From Lytechinus pictus (Eukaryota), in NCBI RefSeq assembly GCF_037042905.1, contig NC_087250.1:15006001-15070000 (forward strand): a stretch of 64,000 nucleotides of DNA. The letters run 5' to 3'. Every line of letters starts with the position of its first letter. The stretch's first letter is position 1. The translations under genes were made by a program, and so were the position numbers. Shown piece after piece: positions 1-12,198 of the stretch. The notes beneath the pieces were generated by a model that saw nothing but the letters and a program-made list of their open reading frames with translations, had not been told where the DNA came from and searched no databases.

Positions 1-1144
1 CCACCACCCTCTGTTTCAAAGTCCGGAGACTAATCCACTGGGCCACAACGCTCCACAAACGAATGATTTGAGTGTCAAATGAGCCGATAGATTGAACATA
101 TTGGCTATCCATAGTTAAACTACAACTTCAGAACACAATTTAATTAAACTCCTGAGTTCAGAATATGGGCCGTAGACTTGAGTACAATCACTCAAATTTT
201 AAGAATACAGAAGCTGATAGGCAACAAATAAATACTGAGAATTACATGCAATAAATTACAGGCAAGAATTAAATCTGAGATGCTTAACATTAAATACCAT
301 ATGCAGGTCTTGAGTAACCTCATTATAAGGGGTACATGTAGGTCTTTTTGGCATTCTTTCTTTTGAGTTACTTTTTTAAAGATAAGAGTGATGATAATGA
401 TGATAATAATAAAAATAATAACACTTACAATTATCAATCTTAAGAACCATGATGAGGATGATGATAATAATAATAATGATAATAACAATAATACTAATAC
501 CGATAAAACAGTACAGGCCAGAAAAATAATATCAATAGTCCATTATAACATAGCAATAGCAATAACAATTTCACAATAATATTGATAAAGAAAACTAACG
601 GTTGTAATGAAAATGAAAAAAGAAACAATAAGCACCACTATAATGATATCATATTGATGATAACAATTCAAACTATCTGTAGTTTCTAAAAACACTCTAG
701 CATGCATTAAAGAAAAACCATGTTATTTCAAAAATAAAAACAAGATTTTCTTTAGAAAAATACAAAACATGGGTACTAAAATAATAAAAAGCTAGATACA
801 GGATTTTCCAAAAGGGAGAAGGGGGGCACATTTTCCTGAAGAAAATTTGACCCCAAAAAAAAAGAAAAAAAAAGGTCCTCCTTGTTTATGAATGACATAT
901 TCCCATTAAAACTATAGGCTGCGACTTTAAAAGTGGGGAGCACACTTGGGTAAAAACAGCATATTTACATTAAATTGATTAATTATGGCTCTCAAAGGGG
1001 GGGGGGGGGCACGGGCCGGATGTGCCCCCCCCCCCCGATCTGCTACTGATTATCATTAGTGTCATTCATAATTCATAAAGGATTTGCAACCCCTCTCTGT
1101 TATCATTTCGAAGAGCCCCAATTTCGGATTATAACAGATCAAAT

Positions 1145-1728
1145 CCGGGGGGGGGGGGGCCACTTACATTGACGAGTGGATACCATGCGCGACCAAAAAA
1201 ACACGTAAAAAGGATATCTTTTTCAAGATAGGACACGTTACGTACGTAACGTGATAAGGGTGTCAAAAACACAAAAATAAGGAAAAAAGGGTATCTATTT
1301 CGGAAGGAAAAATACGTGTTTAGGGTTAAATTTGTGGAGATGATAAAACAAAATTAAAATGTTGTAAGAAGGATGTCCTTTTTGCCCCAAAACTACGTGT
1401 TTAGACTTACAGTCCGATTTGCGCGAGGTGAGGTAGGTGGGGCTGTACTAAACCAAATGGGGTGTATAAAAGGCAAAACCGAGGACCGATCGACGGACCC
1501 GTGACACAACAATAAAATATCGCTGTACTTGTTTAGGGGTTCATTTCAGGGAATACTTACCAAGAGTATCGTTTCGTTTCCAATACTCGTTAAGGGTAGG
1601 GTTTCAGACGCCAATACTTGTTAAGGGGTGCATTTTCAGAATAAGGAAAATACGTGTTTAGGGTGCTTTTCGAGACCCCATGGTCGCGCATGGTATCCAC
1701 TCGTCAATGGAAGTGGCCCCCCCCCGGG
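1145..1728. mobile_element. MITE with about 45-bp TIRs and 8-bp TSD (hAT-like)
   Basis: TIR GGGGCCACTTaCATTGACGAGTGGATACCATGCGCGACCA and its reverse complement. TSD GATCAAAT at 1137-1144 and 1729-1736. Confidence 0.85.
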
Positions 1729-3099
1729 GATCAAATACCCTAATAAAAATTATTAATAATGAATCTTGCATCATGGCAGAGATGAATAATGGTTCTTTTG
1801 TCTTTAAAGGTGAAAGAAAGTAGTTGCAGCTAACAATAATTTCATGACAAAGTCTTTTAAATCAAGGTTAACGGTTACAATTATATATCATCACTGATCT
1901 ACACCTGGTACATTAATGTAAACTTATCTTTGTGAAATCATGAAATCTTAGCTGAAAACCGATAATTCTGATGATCACTAACACAGAAAAGCAAATGTGG
2001 GAGTGTATTAAAAATTCTTCGAAAAATACCCGACATTTGATGGAATTCTGTGCTTATTTTGCTAATTTCTCAGCAATTACACATTTTCTACCAGTCATTT
2101 GGCACATAATTTATTGTATACAAACACTTTTGCGGTAATTTCATTGGATTCTGTTCAACCTCATTTTTAGATCGTTACCACAACTTGTTTTTATCTCTAA
2201 CCCCCTCAAGACAACCCCCTTGGGCCCTCTATCATTTTGTCAGTGAAAATAAATATAAAAAAAGAGAGAAAAAAGTGAAAAAAGAAGAGAAAAGAGTACA
2301 AAGAGGAAGAAAGGCCAATAAAGAAGGAAGATAAGTATAAAAAGAAGTGCTAGGTCCTGTAACTATTTGATACCATAAAATACATGTATGACAACACTCT
2401 TAGCTAATCAACAGTTTAAAGCTACTTAAATCAGTCAATCTGATTGGCTGAATATGTGCATTTGTTATTATCAGGATTATTATGAAATGGGAGCCTGAAG
2501 TTGAATTCATGTATAGAAACTTTAATACACATTAATGAATACTTTCCTAGCAGTCCTTATGACTAGTGGGCTTGCCCCAACTCCAACTAGTCCTTGCTGT
2601 TACATACTGTTCACAGAGGTACATGATCAATAACCATCAAAAGAGTTAATATACCATCAAAAGAGTTAATATAAATATTAATATTAAAATGCATGATTGG
2701 ATATTAAATATATATATAACAGTTACAGTATATATAGTTGTCAAAAATATATTATAGCAATTAGCAAATGATACATTACGTAGTTCTTATTCATCTTTGC
2801 TGTTGATGAAATTGTTAGTGTTAAACACAAGCTCGATTAAACCAAAATAGTTCTAGATATTTATCCTAAACAATTCTAAATTGCAGCGGACTTGACCTTT
2901 AAAATCATGGGCATTAGCCGCTCACTGTAATACCAGTAATATAACTTCCCTGTATCTTGTGTAGGTACCATCATAACTAAATTGAAAAGAAAAGAGTTCA
3001 AAGAGCCCAGTTTAATGAAAAGTAAAAACCAAATGAGCTTGCGAGATATCTCAGATTTGAATATATACATTTAAATTATCACAAAAGAGTCACCAGTTA

Positions 3100-3956
3100 A
3101 ACTAGAACTATCACTGAAGGTGATTAATACCCCCGTCTTACGCCGTTGCCATGGCAACAGTTTCCAACACATGGAAAAAAAATGTTTTGCCCATCTGTAC
3201 CCCAAGACCTATGTGTGAGCACAATATCAAGAGAATTGGTTAAAAACTGATGAAGTAGTTTGAACTGCAAGATTTTTGCCTAATTTTTGATATATAATAC
3301 ATTGTTACCATGGTAACACAATTTCCGACATATGCAAAAATGTGTGAGCCAAATTTCATTAGAATTGGTTGAAAACTGATCAAGTACTTCAAACCGAAAG
3401 ATCATAAGTAATTTGGGGCATATAATATGTTGTTACCATGGCAACACAATTTCCGACACACACAAAATTATGTGTCATCTTTACCTCAAAACCAATGTGT
3501 GAGCCAAATTTCACGATGATTGGTTGAAAATTGATGAAGTAATTAAAAGTAAACTGCAAGTTTTTCACCCAATTTTTGTCATATAATATGTCATTACCAT
3601 GGCAACATTTCTGACACACACACAAAATATGTCATCACATCTTTTCATCAGTGTCTGCCACTAGTGCCACATTTCATGACAAATGGTTAAAAACTAAGGA
3701 AGTGGATTGAACTGCGAGATTTTTACATTATTTTGGACAAAATATACTGTTACCATGGCAACACAATTTCCGACACATGCGAAAAATGTGTCTTGCATAT
3801 CTTCGCCCCAACACAAATTTGTGTTCCAAGTTTCATGAGAATTGGTTAAAAACTGAGGTAGTAGTTTTATGCGCAAGATTTGCAATGGACCGACTGACCG
3901 CTCGCTGATTCCTAAAGGCCTATACCTCCTTCAAACTTTGTTTGGCGGGGGCATAA
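3100..3956 (-). mobile_element. Non-autonomous Helentron/DINE-like (rolling-circle) element with internal tandem repeats
   Basis: The minus strand starts TTATGCCCCCG and ends CGGGGGTATTA (subterminal IR), then hairpin ATCAC-CTTCA-GTGAT and CTAGTT. Internal repeats of about 130-160 bp contain GTTACCATGGCAAC. Confidence 0.65.
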
Positions 3957-4067
3957 TAAAGACTGACCAGTGTACTACAGTTCTGCAAGATTGGCATGTC
4001 AGATGATACTGCATATTTTTTACAATATGAATCAAAGCCTTGGCCAGGCTTTACAAGATAATCAAAC

Positions 4068-4286
4068 CTGGGGGGTGTTTCACAAAGATGTAAGTATAAC
4101 TCAGAGTCGCACTTAAATACCAAGTTGTGTACGGTATGAAAGGCTTGACTGCATTGGTCAGATCGTGCCATGAGGATGCGCACTAATGCGTATCTATCAA
4201 TAAGATCGCGCGTTGCATATCATGTACGCGTTGGCATTTAAGTGCGACTTAAGTCATACTTAAATCTTTGTGAAACGCCCCCCGGG
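4068..4286. mobile_element. Hairpin MITE (Harbinger-like)
   Basis: GGGGGGTGTTTCACAAAGAT...ATCTTTGTGAAACGCCCCCC, with extensive internal inverted symmetry. Confidence 0.75.
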
Positions 4287-4365
4287 TTACCCTTTTCCTG
4301 CACCTTATTTTGGCATCTAGGCATGGGAGACCTGCCCACTGCTTTTTAAAAGAAAGAGAGAGATT

Positions 4366-4652
4366 TGTTCCAATAACCATTTGGTCCAATCATCACTTCA
4401 TCTAATCACCAGTTCGTCTATGACCATTTCGTCTCATAACCAGTTGGTCTAATATTCATTTTATTTTAATTAATTTTGCCCAATTAACACTTAGTCTAAT
4501 GGTATATGGACAAAATGGCTATTGGACCAACTGGTTATTAGACGAAATTGCAATTAGACCATGTGGATAGTAGACGAACTGATGGTAGACCAAATGATAG
4601 TAGACGAGTTGGTAATTGGACGAATTGGCATTGGACCAAATGAAAATAGACC
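4366..4652. repeat. Inverted array of degenerate short (about 17-20 nt) repeats
   Basis: ttggtccaat/ttcgtcta units in the left half and tagacgaa/ttggacc units in the right half. Confidence 0.6.
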
Positions 4653-4830
4653 GGCACGAACTGACCCCCCTGCTTTTTGAAAGATAAATCAAACCAAGTT
4701 ATCCTTTTCATGTTTCAGGCAAGACCCACCCTCTGCTTTTAAAAGAGATAATCAAACTGGGTTACCCTTTTCCTGCACGTTACTGAGGCAAGCAAGACCA
4801 CCCGCACTGCTTTTTAAAAAGAGAGATATA

Positions 4831-6993
4831 TCAAACAGGGTTACCCTTTTCATGAACCTTACTATGGCACGCAAGACCTGCCCTCTGCTTAAAGGCTTGA
4901 GGGCAGAGCGGACATTTGTAAGGTTTCTCTTCAGAGTGTATCCTCAGGTGGTTCTTCAAGGTGGACTTTGTCTTGACGCGTTGCCCGCACAGCTCGCACA
5001 CAAATGGCTTCTCGTCAGTGTGGGTCTTCATGTGACAAGCCAATCCAGCTCTCTGCCTGAACATCTTCGGGCAAAGCGTACATTTGAAGGTCCTCTCGTC
5101 GGAGTGCAAGGCCTTGTGGTTCTGCAGGGTTTTGTTATCAGCAAAGGCGGCGCCGCATTCCTTGCATAGGTACGGACGCTCTCCTGAGTGGATCCGCATG
5201 TGAGCCTTGTACGAGTGATTCTGGGTGAAGCCCTTGTTGCATTCTGCACACCAGAATGGCTTGATGTCAGATGCCATTTCAGGATGGGCATTCATCCTAT
5301 GGCAGGCCAACCCAGCCCGCTGCTTGAATACCTTCGGACACAAGGGACATTGGAAGTTCTTTGAGTCCAAGCGGAATAGCTTATGTTTATGCAATGTAGT
5401 ACTATCAGCACAATTTGCACCACAGTCGTCGCATTCATAGGGCCTATGAATCTGCATGTGCATCATATACGATTGGTTGTTTGTGAAGCTTTGATTGCAC
5501 TCTGTGCACCAGAATGGCGTTTCCTCGCAGTGGGTTTGGATGTGGATGTTCATTGCTTTCCTTGAGGCAAAGTCTTGGCCACACTTGAGACATTGGTATT
5601 GCTTGAAATTCAGTAGAGAATGCTGGTGTTCAGTGAAAAAAGGTGAGAACTGTTCATCGCCAAGAGTAGAGGAACCATCTTCCATCAACATAACCTGATC
5701 AGTTTCATCCGAAGCTGTCAATGCTCTTGAGGAAAGATTTTCCTTTATCAATCTTTCTGTTTCTTTACAGTATTGTATAGACTTTGTAGGTTTTATTGGT
5801 TTTCTTTTCCTCTTCATATTCTTACTGCTTGTAGCTTCCGAGTTACTCAGTCCATTCTTTCTCTTCCTTACAAGTTCCAAAGTTTTTTCTAATGAAGTCA
5901 TAGCATGATTCGCTCTTAATTCATTTGAAGAAAAGGTAGTACATAGTAGAGCACCTTGAGGGACACCAGGTAATTCATTGCTCATAGTATTCTCATCAAT
6001 ATTAGCACTAGTCATGCATTCTGCCTCTGGGTTTTCATAATTTTTCATTTCACTGGTTGGCAGGGAACTTCCTAGAGAAACTGTATTATTTTGTGATGTT
6101 TTTGAAGAACAATTTGTAATTTGGCAGTTTTGGGCAGAAAATGTGCCACTTTGTAATGTGCTCGAAGAACAATACATATTTTTGGAAGAAACCTGGAGAT
6201 GACTATCCTGACAATCCAACGCTGAGGAAGCTGTACTATGTGCTTCAGGCTCAACTTTAATCTTATCTGACAAAAAATAAGTTGATGAAGGACCTAATAG
6301 TGCACCTTGAAGAACCCCATGCGATGCCACAGTTAAATCCATAGGCACGTCTTCTGTTCTCTCATCACGACTATCACTAATTATACTTTCTTTCAAATCA
6401 ATCTTCCTGTTATGTTCATGAAACATTTCACTGCCTTTCCTTAATATGGCGACATTGTGCGTTGAAATTTCCGAAGACAAGGCATTATCTTGTAAAAAGC
6501 TTGAAGAACTCATGCCATGTCCTAAATGATTTGAAAGATAACTCTTGGTTCTATTTTGTGGCTCCTCTATCGGCTCTTGGCAAATTAACCCAATGGAAGT
6601 TGAGTGGTATTCTGGAGCACTAAATGCAATAGAATGACCAACAGGTAATGTAGTACCAAAAAGTGCGCCTTGAGGGACACCAGGCACTTGATACCCTGTA
6701 AGCGGTGATCCTCCATCAATTGTACTGCTGTGCAGACCAGAGACTTCAGAATCTTCTCTTAACACTGTGCGTCTATCCAAGAAACGCACAGAAGAAAATG
6801 CAATACGCTGTGACAAATTCGAACAAATGCCACTTCCCGAAGGTGCCCCCTGATTTTCTACTTTCCTGGTTCGGTCATCGAAGATGACAGAAGCTGATTC
6901 AAATTCAGGAGGTTCATTCTTAATTATGACATCATTTCCTTTTGCACTTTCCAGAGGATCCATACCTTTTTTTAGCTTTTCAGGAGATTCCAT
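4831..6993 (-). CDS. C2H2 zinc-finger protein, 720 aa, single coding exon; 9 C-terminal fingers (one degenerate)
   Basis: The long ORF has CxxC...HxxxH repeats with SGERPY/TDEKPF/SEEKPY linkers. The first in-frame ATG is at 6993 (MESPEKL), with an in-frame TGA just upstream. A candidate acceptor ttcttgtcctgtccAG|G starts the exon at 7116. The N-terminal region has a PMDLT (CtBP-type) motif, IKNE/IKVE SUMO-consensus motifs and basic NLS-like stretches. Confidence 0.93.
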   Translation of the reverse strand: MESPEKLKKGMDPLESAKGNDVIIKNEPPEFESASVIFDDRTRKVENQGAPSGSGICSNLSQRIAFSSVRFLDRRTVLREDSEVSGLHSSTIDGGSPLTGYQVPGVPQGALFGTTLPVGHSIAFSAPEYHSTSIGLICQEPIEEPQNRTKSYLSNHLGHGMSSSSFLQDNALSSEISTHNVAILRKGSEMFHEHNRKIDLKESIISDSRDERTEDVPMDLTVASHGVLQGALLGPSSTYFLSDKIKVEPEAHSTASSALDCQDSHLQVSSKNMYCSSSTLQSGTFSAQNCQITNCSSKTSQNNTVSLGSSLPTSEMKNYENPEAECMTSANIDENTMSNELPGVPQGALLCTTFSSNELRANHAMTSLEKTLELVRKRKNGLSNSEATSSKNMKRKRKPIKPTKSIQYCKETERLIKENLSSRALTASDETDQVMLMEDGSSTLGDEQFSPFFTEHQHSLLNFKQYQCLKCGQDFASRKAMNIHIQTHCEETPFWCTECNQSFTNNQSYMMHMQIHRPYECDDCGANCADSTTLHKHKLFRLDSKNFQCPLCPKVFKQRAGLACHRMNAHPEMASDIKPFWCAECNKGFTQNHSYKAHMRIHSGERPYLCKECGAAFADNKTLQNHKALHSDERTFKCTLCPKMFRQRAGLACHMKTHTDEKPFVCELCGQRVKTKSTLKNHLRIHSEEKPYKCPLCPQAFKQRAGLACHSKVHEKGNPV

Positions 6994-7357
6994 TATCTCG
7001 CAAAAGATTCTCAAGAAATCTCTGGATTCATGTTGGTTTGGTCATGTCATCAGCATCAGCAATGCTGCTCCAAGATATCCAAACTGGTCAGTTGAAATTG
7101 GTCATCTTTTGGCCACCTGGACAGGACAAGAACACAACATTTTTATTTCATTTTAAATAATCAAGTCAGTTCCAATAGATAACAGCACACATTGAAGGAC
7201 TATTTCAGACCCTTATCCAGATAAATGCTGGATCTCAATTCATAGAATTTGTAAAATCCTATTTCTTTCTGCTTTGAGGTTTTCATTACATGTATTTTAA
7301 TAGTAATTTACATTTATATTCCGTTTCTAAGCGCGTTACATTGCAATTATTACACTA

Positions 7358-7466
7358 CCAGTCACAATTCTTTGACTACCCGTTTCACCAGAGAATAGAT
7401 TTGGTCCACTTAATCTATTGTTCTCTGGTGAAACAGGTAAACAGGTAGTCAAAGAATTGTGACTGG
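7358..7466. mobile_element. 109-bp hairpin MITE with TA TSD (Tc1/mariner-like)
   Basis: TA-CCAGTCACAATTCTTTGACTACC...GGTAGTCAAAGAATTGTGACTGG-TA, a perfect 23-bp TIR. Confidence 0.8.
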
Positions 7467-8997
7467 TACTACTGTATTACCCCTAACATCGGATCCTGGT
7501 TTGCCCGCACACAATGTATACTTTCTCCAATCCCTAAGGAGAATTCCAACAAGAGTTCTAAGACTCAATTGGAAGGCATAATATGTTTTTCACAGCCTCT
7601 CATATTTTCCCTTTTACTCTCATACACCACGTTGGTTTTGTTTACTCCATTTGAACCCCATTTTTACATCAAAATATAAAATTTTAAACATAATTTACAA
7701 AATAATCACAACAAATAAATATTATAATTTCTGTAGAAATTCAGAATATTAAACTAATTAATAATACAATGTCCAAATTAGTCAGTTACATCAATTTTTA
7801 CATCAGACAAGAGTCTCTTTCATTGAAATATCAATAAAAGGTGTCTCTAAAACAAAGGGCACCGTGTTCTAGATAAGAAAAATAATGAAAATTTCGATTT
7901 TATTCCGTTATGTTTGTGAATCTTTTCATTTTTTTCTCTTTTTACCTCATAAAGTAAGCTCCAGATATCGACTACAATGAATTAGTAAGACCAACAAAAT
8001 ATTTGATCTACATTTATTGAAATATATGATTTTATGGAAAGTCATCATTCCAAAATAAAAGGTTCAGGTGATGATGAAGACTAAATATTTTTCAGATTTT
8101 GCGATTATCGCTATCTAACGATGTCGTGAACGTGAACGAACTTGGTTGGAAGACAAAATTGCGTTTGGCTTTGTGATTGTGAAACGGAAAGCGCTGATTT
8201 ATCGCTTATCTTCCCATCTCGGAAGAAAGGGACTTCTACTCCTAGGGCATTCCTACGTATTGGTCATCTCGACGAAACAGGCCCTAGAATGCTAGATTCT
8301 ACAATTACAAAGAACTTAGAAGAAACATCATCTTGGTGAAGTGACAGAACATGAAATGAAACGTATGGGACCGAAGATAACTGCTCGAACACAATCCCAA
8401 ACAAATATAGCACAGTACTGTAGTGTAGATCTTTATTTTTTGTCATTTTCATTGGAGAGGATATAATCAGAAACATTCTTCACGTACTTACAGTTACAAG
8501 TCATCGACTTCACTTACTGTCTCAATGAAACGAATCAGACGAGAATGAAAAAATTTGACGAAAGATTTTTTTAATCCGGCATTACCATAGATCTACGGTA
8601 GTCTTCCTGCGCTCAGACCTTATTCGATCGAGAAGCAACCGTAGATCATGAGATGATGAGACCATTCAATGATATAGATCCCGCATCCAGTCCGGCGTGG
8701 TTTTAGACTATTTCTTCTTAGATTTTAAATTTGCAATAATTTATTTACTTTATTTATTTATTTATTCATTTATTCCTTTATTCATTTATTTATTTATTCA
8801 TTCATTTATTCATATATTCAGGTCTTTATTCATTTATTTATTTATTCATTTACTTTTTTCTTAAATTTATTAATTAAAAAAATCTCTTTATTCATTTATT
8901 AGTTTTTATACAATCATTTAATTTATCTATTTTTGTTTTGCATAATTATTATCATTATTATTTTTATTACTGTTATTATAATTTTTTATACGATCAT

Positions 8998-11900
8998 AGG
9001 CGGATCCAGTCGGGGGGTCCCGAGGGGCCCGGCCCCCCCCCTATTGGCGGAGCAAAAAAAGGAAAAAAAGGGGAAAGAAAGAAAAAAAAAAAAAAAAAAG
9101 AAGGGAAGAGAGAGGAGAAAAAAAGAAGGGGGAAACAAAAGAGGAAGAAGACGAGTGAATAAAATAAGATGAGGGGAAGACTTGGAAAATAATTAAGAAA
9201 ATATTTTTGCTCGCGCTTCGTGCTCGCATTGCATTTTAGATGATTTACATATCTTGTTCAATTAATATGGAGTTTAAATATCAATATATAATATACAAAC
9301 ATATTTCATCTCGGAAATCGAACTTTCATTATTTTGTGTGATTTACAAATTGATTTTTAAAAAGTGCTCTGTAAAAATGTCAGTTTTATGGTCTTAATAT
9401 TATCATTTTCTGCTCGCGCTGCGCGCTCGCAAATTTTGATTTATCAGGTACTTATTATTTTCGTGTATTCCATAAAGTTTTCAAAATATCCCTTTTCAGG
9501 TCTGATTGTCAAAAACGTATCAGCTAGCGCTGCACGCTCGCATTTTGATTGGCGAGTTATGTATGTCTCAATATTGATTATACAACAAACTCATTTTTAA
9601 AATCCCCTTTTCATGACAGTGTATAAAAAAATATAGGCTCGCAATTTGCGCTCGCATTAATGGTTAATAATATATCAACTGATGCATCCTAGTTATAATT
9701 AGAAAAGTGATTGAAATGTCCAGTTTTCAGGCCATCATATCATCATATTTCGCGCCCTCATTAGGCATTAATGAATAAAATATTAATTTGATAATTGAAC
9801 TGTCCCTTTTGTTTCATCTCGAGCTTAGCAAGAGGAATAGGCAGGCAGTATTCATTTTCATATGATGACATGTCCTACGGACATTATCATTATATATCCA
9901 GTTTCAGATCACAATATCAAAAATTTTCTGCTCGCGCTTTGTGCTCTCAAATAATGTAGAAAGATCCCCTATTAATCATTCTTTTCATGATTTATAAAAC
10001 ATGAATAGAGTGTCTCGTTTTTAGGTCTAAATCTCGATTTTTTTTTCCGCTCGCGCTTCGCGCTCGCATCAATTGTTTAGTTACATAGCTATCTTGTTCA
10101 CATTATAAAAATTGTCCATTCTTTATGTAGAAGCAGTGGCGTACCGTGGGTCACGGCATTGGGGGGGGGGGCACCCGAAAAAAATTAGTCACTTAGTGAG
10201 CGCGCGAAGCGCGCTCAGTTGCCAGGTATACTGACTTAAACTGACCTAATAAAGACAGTTTAAGGACAGTGCCATTAAATGGATATGTATCTCACTGATC
10301 ACGTAATGCGAGCGAAAGCTGAAATTTTTTGATATTCAGACTTAAAAAGGGACATTATAAGCACATTTTTGTAATCATGATACGTACCTTTCTCGCTAAA
10401 CAAACAGTGCGAGTGCGAAGCGCGAGCTGAAATTTTTGACCTAAAACAGGGACGCTTTAAGGACTATTTTTTTAAGGAATCCATTAAGAGTACACATATC
10501 TCACCATAGTCATCTAATGCGAGTGCCAAGCGCATGATGATTGTGTTAGAATTACATCTAAACACATAAAGTACTTTTTGTAGTCATTGTAATCGTGATT
10601 ATCATACGCGTCGTCGCATCTCACTAATCAAATATTGCGAGCGCGAAGCGCGAGCTGAATTTTTTGGAAATTCAGACCTGAGGAGGGGCATTCTAAGGCT
10701 TATTTGTAGGAATTCACGAAGACTATGCGTATTTCACTAACCAAATGACGCGAGCGCGAATCACAAACTGAAATTTTTTTATTTTCAGATCAGAAAAAGG
10801 GACATTTTAAGGACTGATTTTAAGAATTCATGAAGAGCAGACATATCTCACCAATCCACTAATGCGAACGTAAGCACGGACAGGAAATGTTTTATATTAA
10901 GACTTTAAAATGGGGCAATCTAATAAGCAGTCATGAAAAAGAAGCATATGTCACTACGTAAAAGAATAATAAATCGAAGTGCGAGGAAATATATTTGGTG
11001 TATATTGACTTGAAAACGGGAGGTTTTAGTACAACAGGATTATATATCTTGTTAAACAGACAATGCAAGCGCCAGGAACAATGAAGACATAGGCCCTGAG
11101 CAAATTATGTTTCTTAAAGTTACGAATTTTTTTATTTTCATGTATAACATAATTATAATATAATATATTATAATAAACAATAATTTCTTCTTTCCCACTA
11201 CGTTTCTTTCCCTTTCTCCCTCTTTTTCTCCTTTTCCCCGTTTTTTTTTTTTTTGGCCAGCCGATTGGGGGGGGGGGGGCACGTGCCCCCCCCATGCCCC
11301 CCCGTAGTTACGCCACTGTGTAGAAATGTCAAAAATGTTCAGCTCGCGCTTCGCGCTCGCATGATTTGATTGCTCAAATATGTAACGTCTCCATGGCTAA
11401 GTGGCAGTCCTAAACAAGTACCTTTTCGATCAGTTCAAAACGCATATGAAAATTTTCTGCTCGCGCTTTGCGCTCGCATTATTAATGTAAGGAAGATCCT
11501 CAATTACTCGTCCTTTTCATGATTTACAAAACATGAATAGATCGAGTGTCTCTTTCAGTAGGTCTAAATTTTGAAATTTTCCGCTCGCGCTTCGCGCTCA
11601 CATTAATTGTTTAGTTATATACCTATTCTGTTTAAGTTGTAAAAAGTGCTTAGAATTTCCATTCTTGGGTAAAAATGTCAAAAAATTTCAGCTCGCGCTT
11701 CGCGCTCGCATTATTTGATTTTTAAAATATGTAACGTCTTCATGGGTAACTGCATGCAATCTTTAACAAATAAATTTTCCATCAGTTCATTTCTGCTCGC
11801 GCTTCGCGTTCGTAGTAATTATTTAGTTGCATACACATCTTTTAGGATAACATACATTGCCCAGAATGTTCAAATTTTAGGAAAAAATACACAAGATTTC

Positions 11901-12118
11901 CAAAATATTTAGCTCGCGCTTCGCGTTCGCATTATATAAATAGGGATTATGATATATTATACATTTATGTTGATTAATAAGAATAAACCTAAAAAGTGAC
12001 TATTAGGACTACCCCTTCAAAGAAACCAAAAATCATCCTCGAGCGGCCGATCGAGGAAAATATGGCTGAAAAAAAATTCCGGCCCCCCCCCTATTGGCGA
12101 AGGCTGGATCCGCCCCTG
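8998..12118. mobile_element. Large non-autonomous TIR element with internal GCTCGCGCTTCGCGCTCGCA tandem units
   Basis: Ends AGGCGGATCCAG...CTGGATCCGCCCCTG. Candidate 8-bp TSD ACGATCAT/ACGATAAT. The repeated motif recurs roughly every 120 bp. Confidence 0.7.
10134..11318. mobile_element. Nested TIR element (hAT-like) inside the 8998-12118 element
   Basis: CAGTGGCGTA...TACGCCACTG termini, TSD TGTAGAAG/TGTAGAAA, and the internal GCGAGCGCGAAGCGCGAGC motif in the opposite orientation to the host element. Confidence 0.8.
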
Positions 12119-12198
12119 ACGATAATTACTATATTAATATCATAATTATTTATAATTATTTTGTTATTTCCTTTGTCATCATATCAGCATCATCATAT

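Noticed and set aside
192..579. Short ORFs in low-complexity DNA (also 8933-9229, 28315-29160, 33628-33903, 48457-48681 and 49504-50099)
   Set aside because: These are translations of microsatellites, poly-purine tracts or MITEs, with no protein signal.
4852..5698. Plus-strand and alternate-frame ORFs over the ZF array
   Set aside because: Shadow ORFs of the zinc-finger CDS.
4831..6993. ZF gene as the zinc-finger exon of the PRDM9-like gene
   Set aside because: It is on the opposite strand, about 56 kb upstream, and its fingers lack the near-identical minisatellite structure of PRDM9.
6994..7014. ORF-track start at 7014 for the ZF protein
   Set aside because: It is a TTG codon. In a eukaryote the first in-frame ATG at 6993 is the plausible start.
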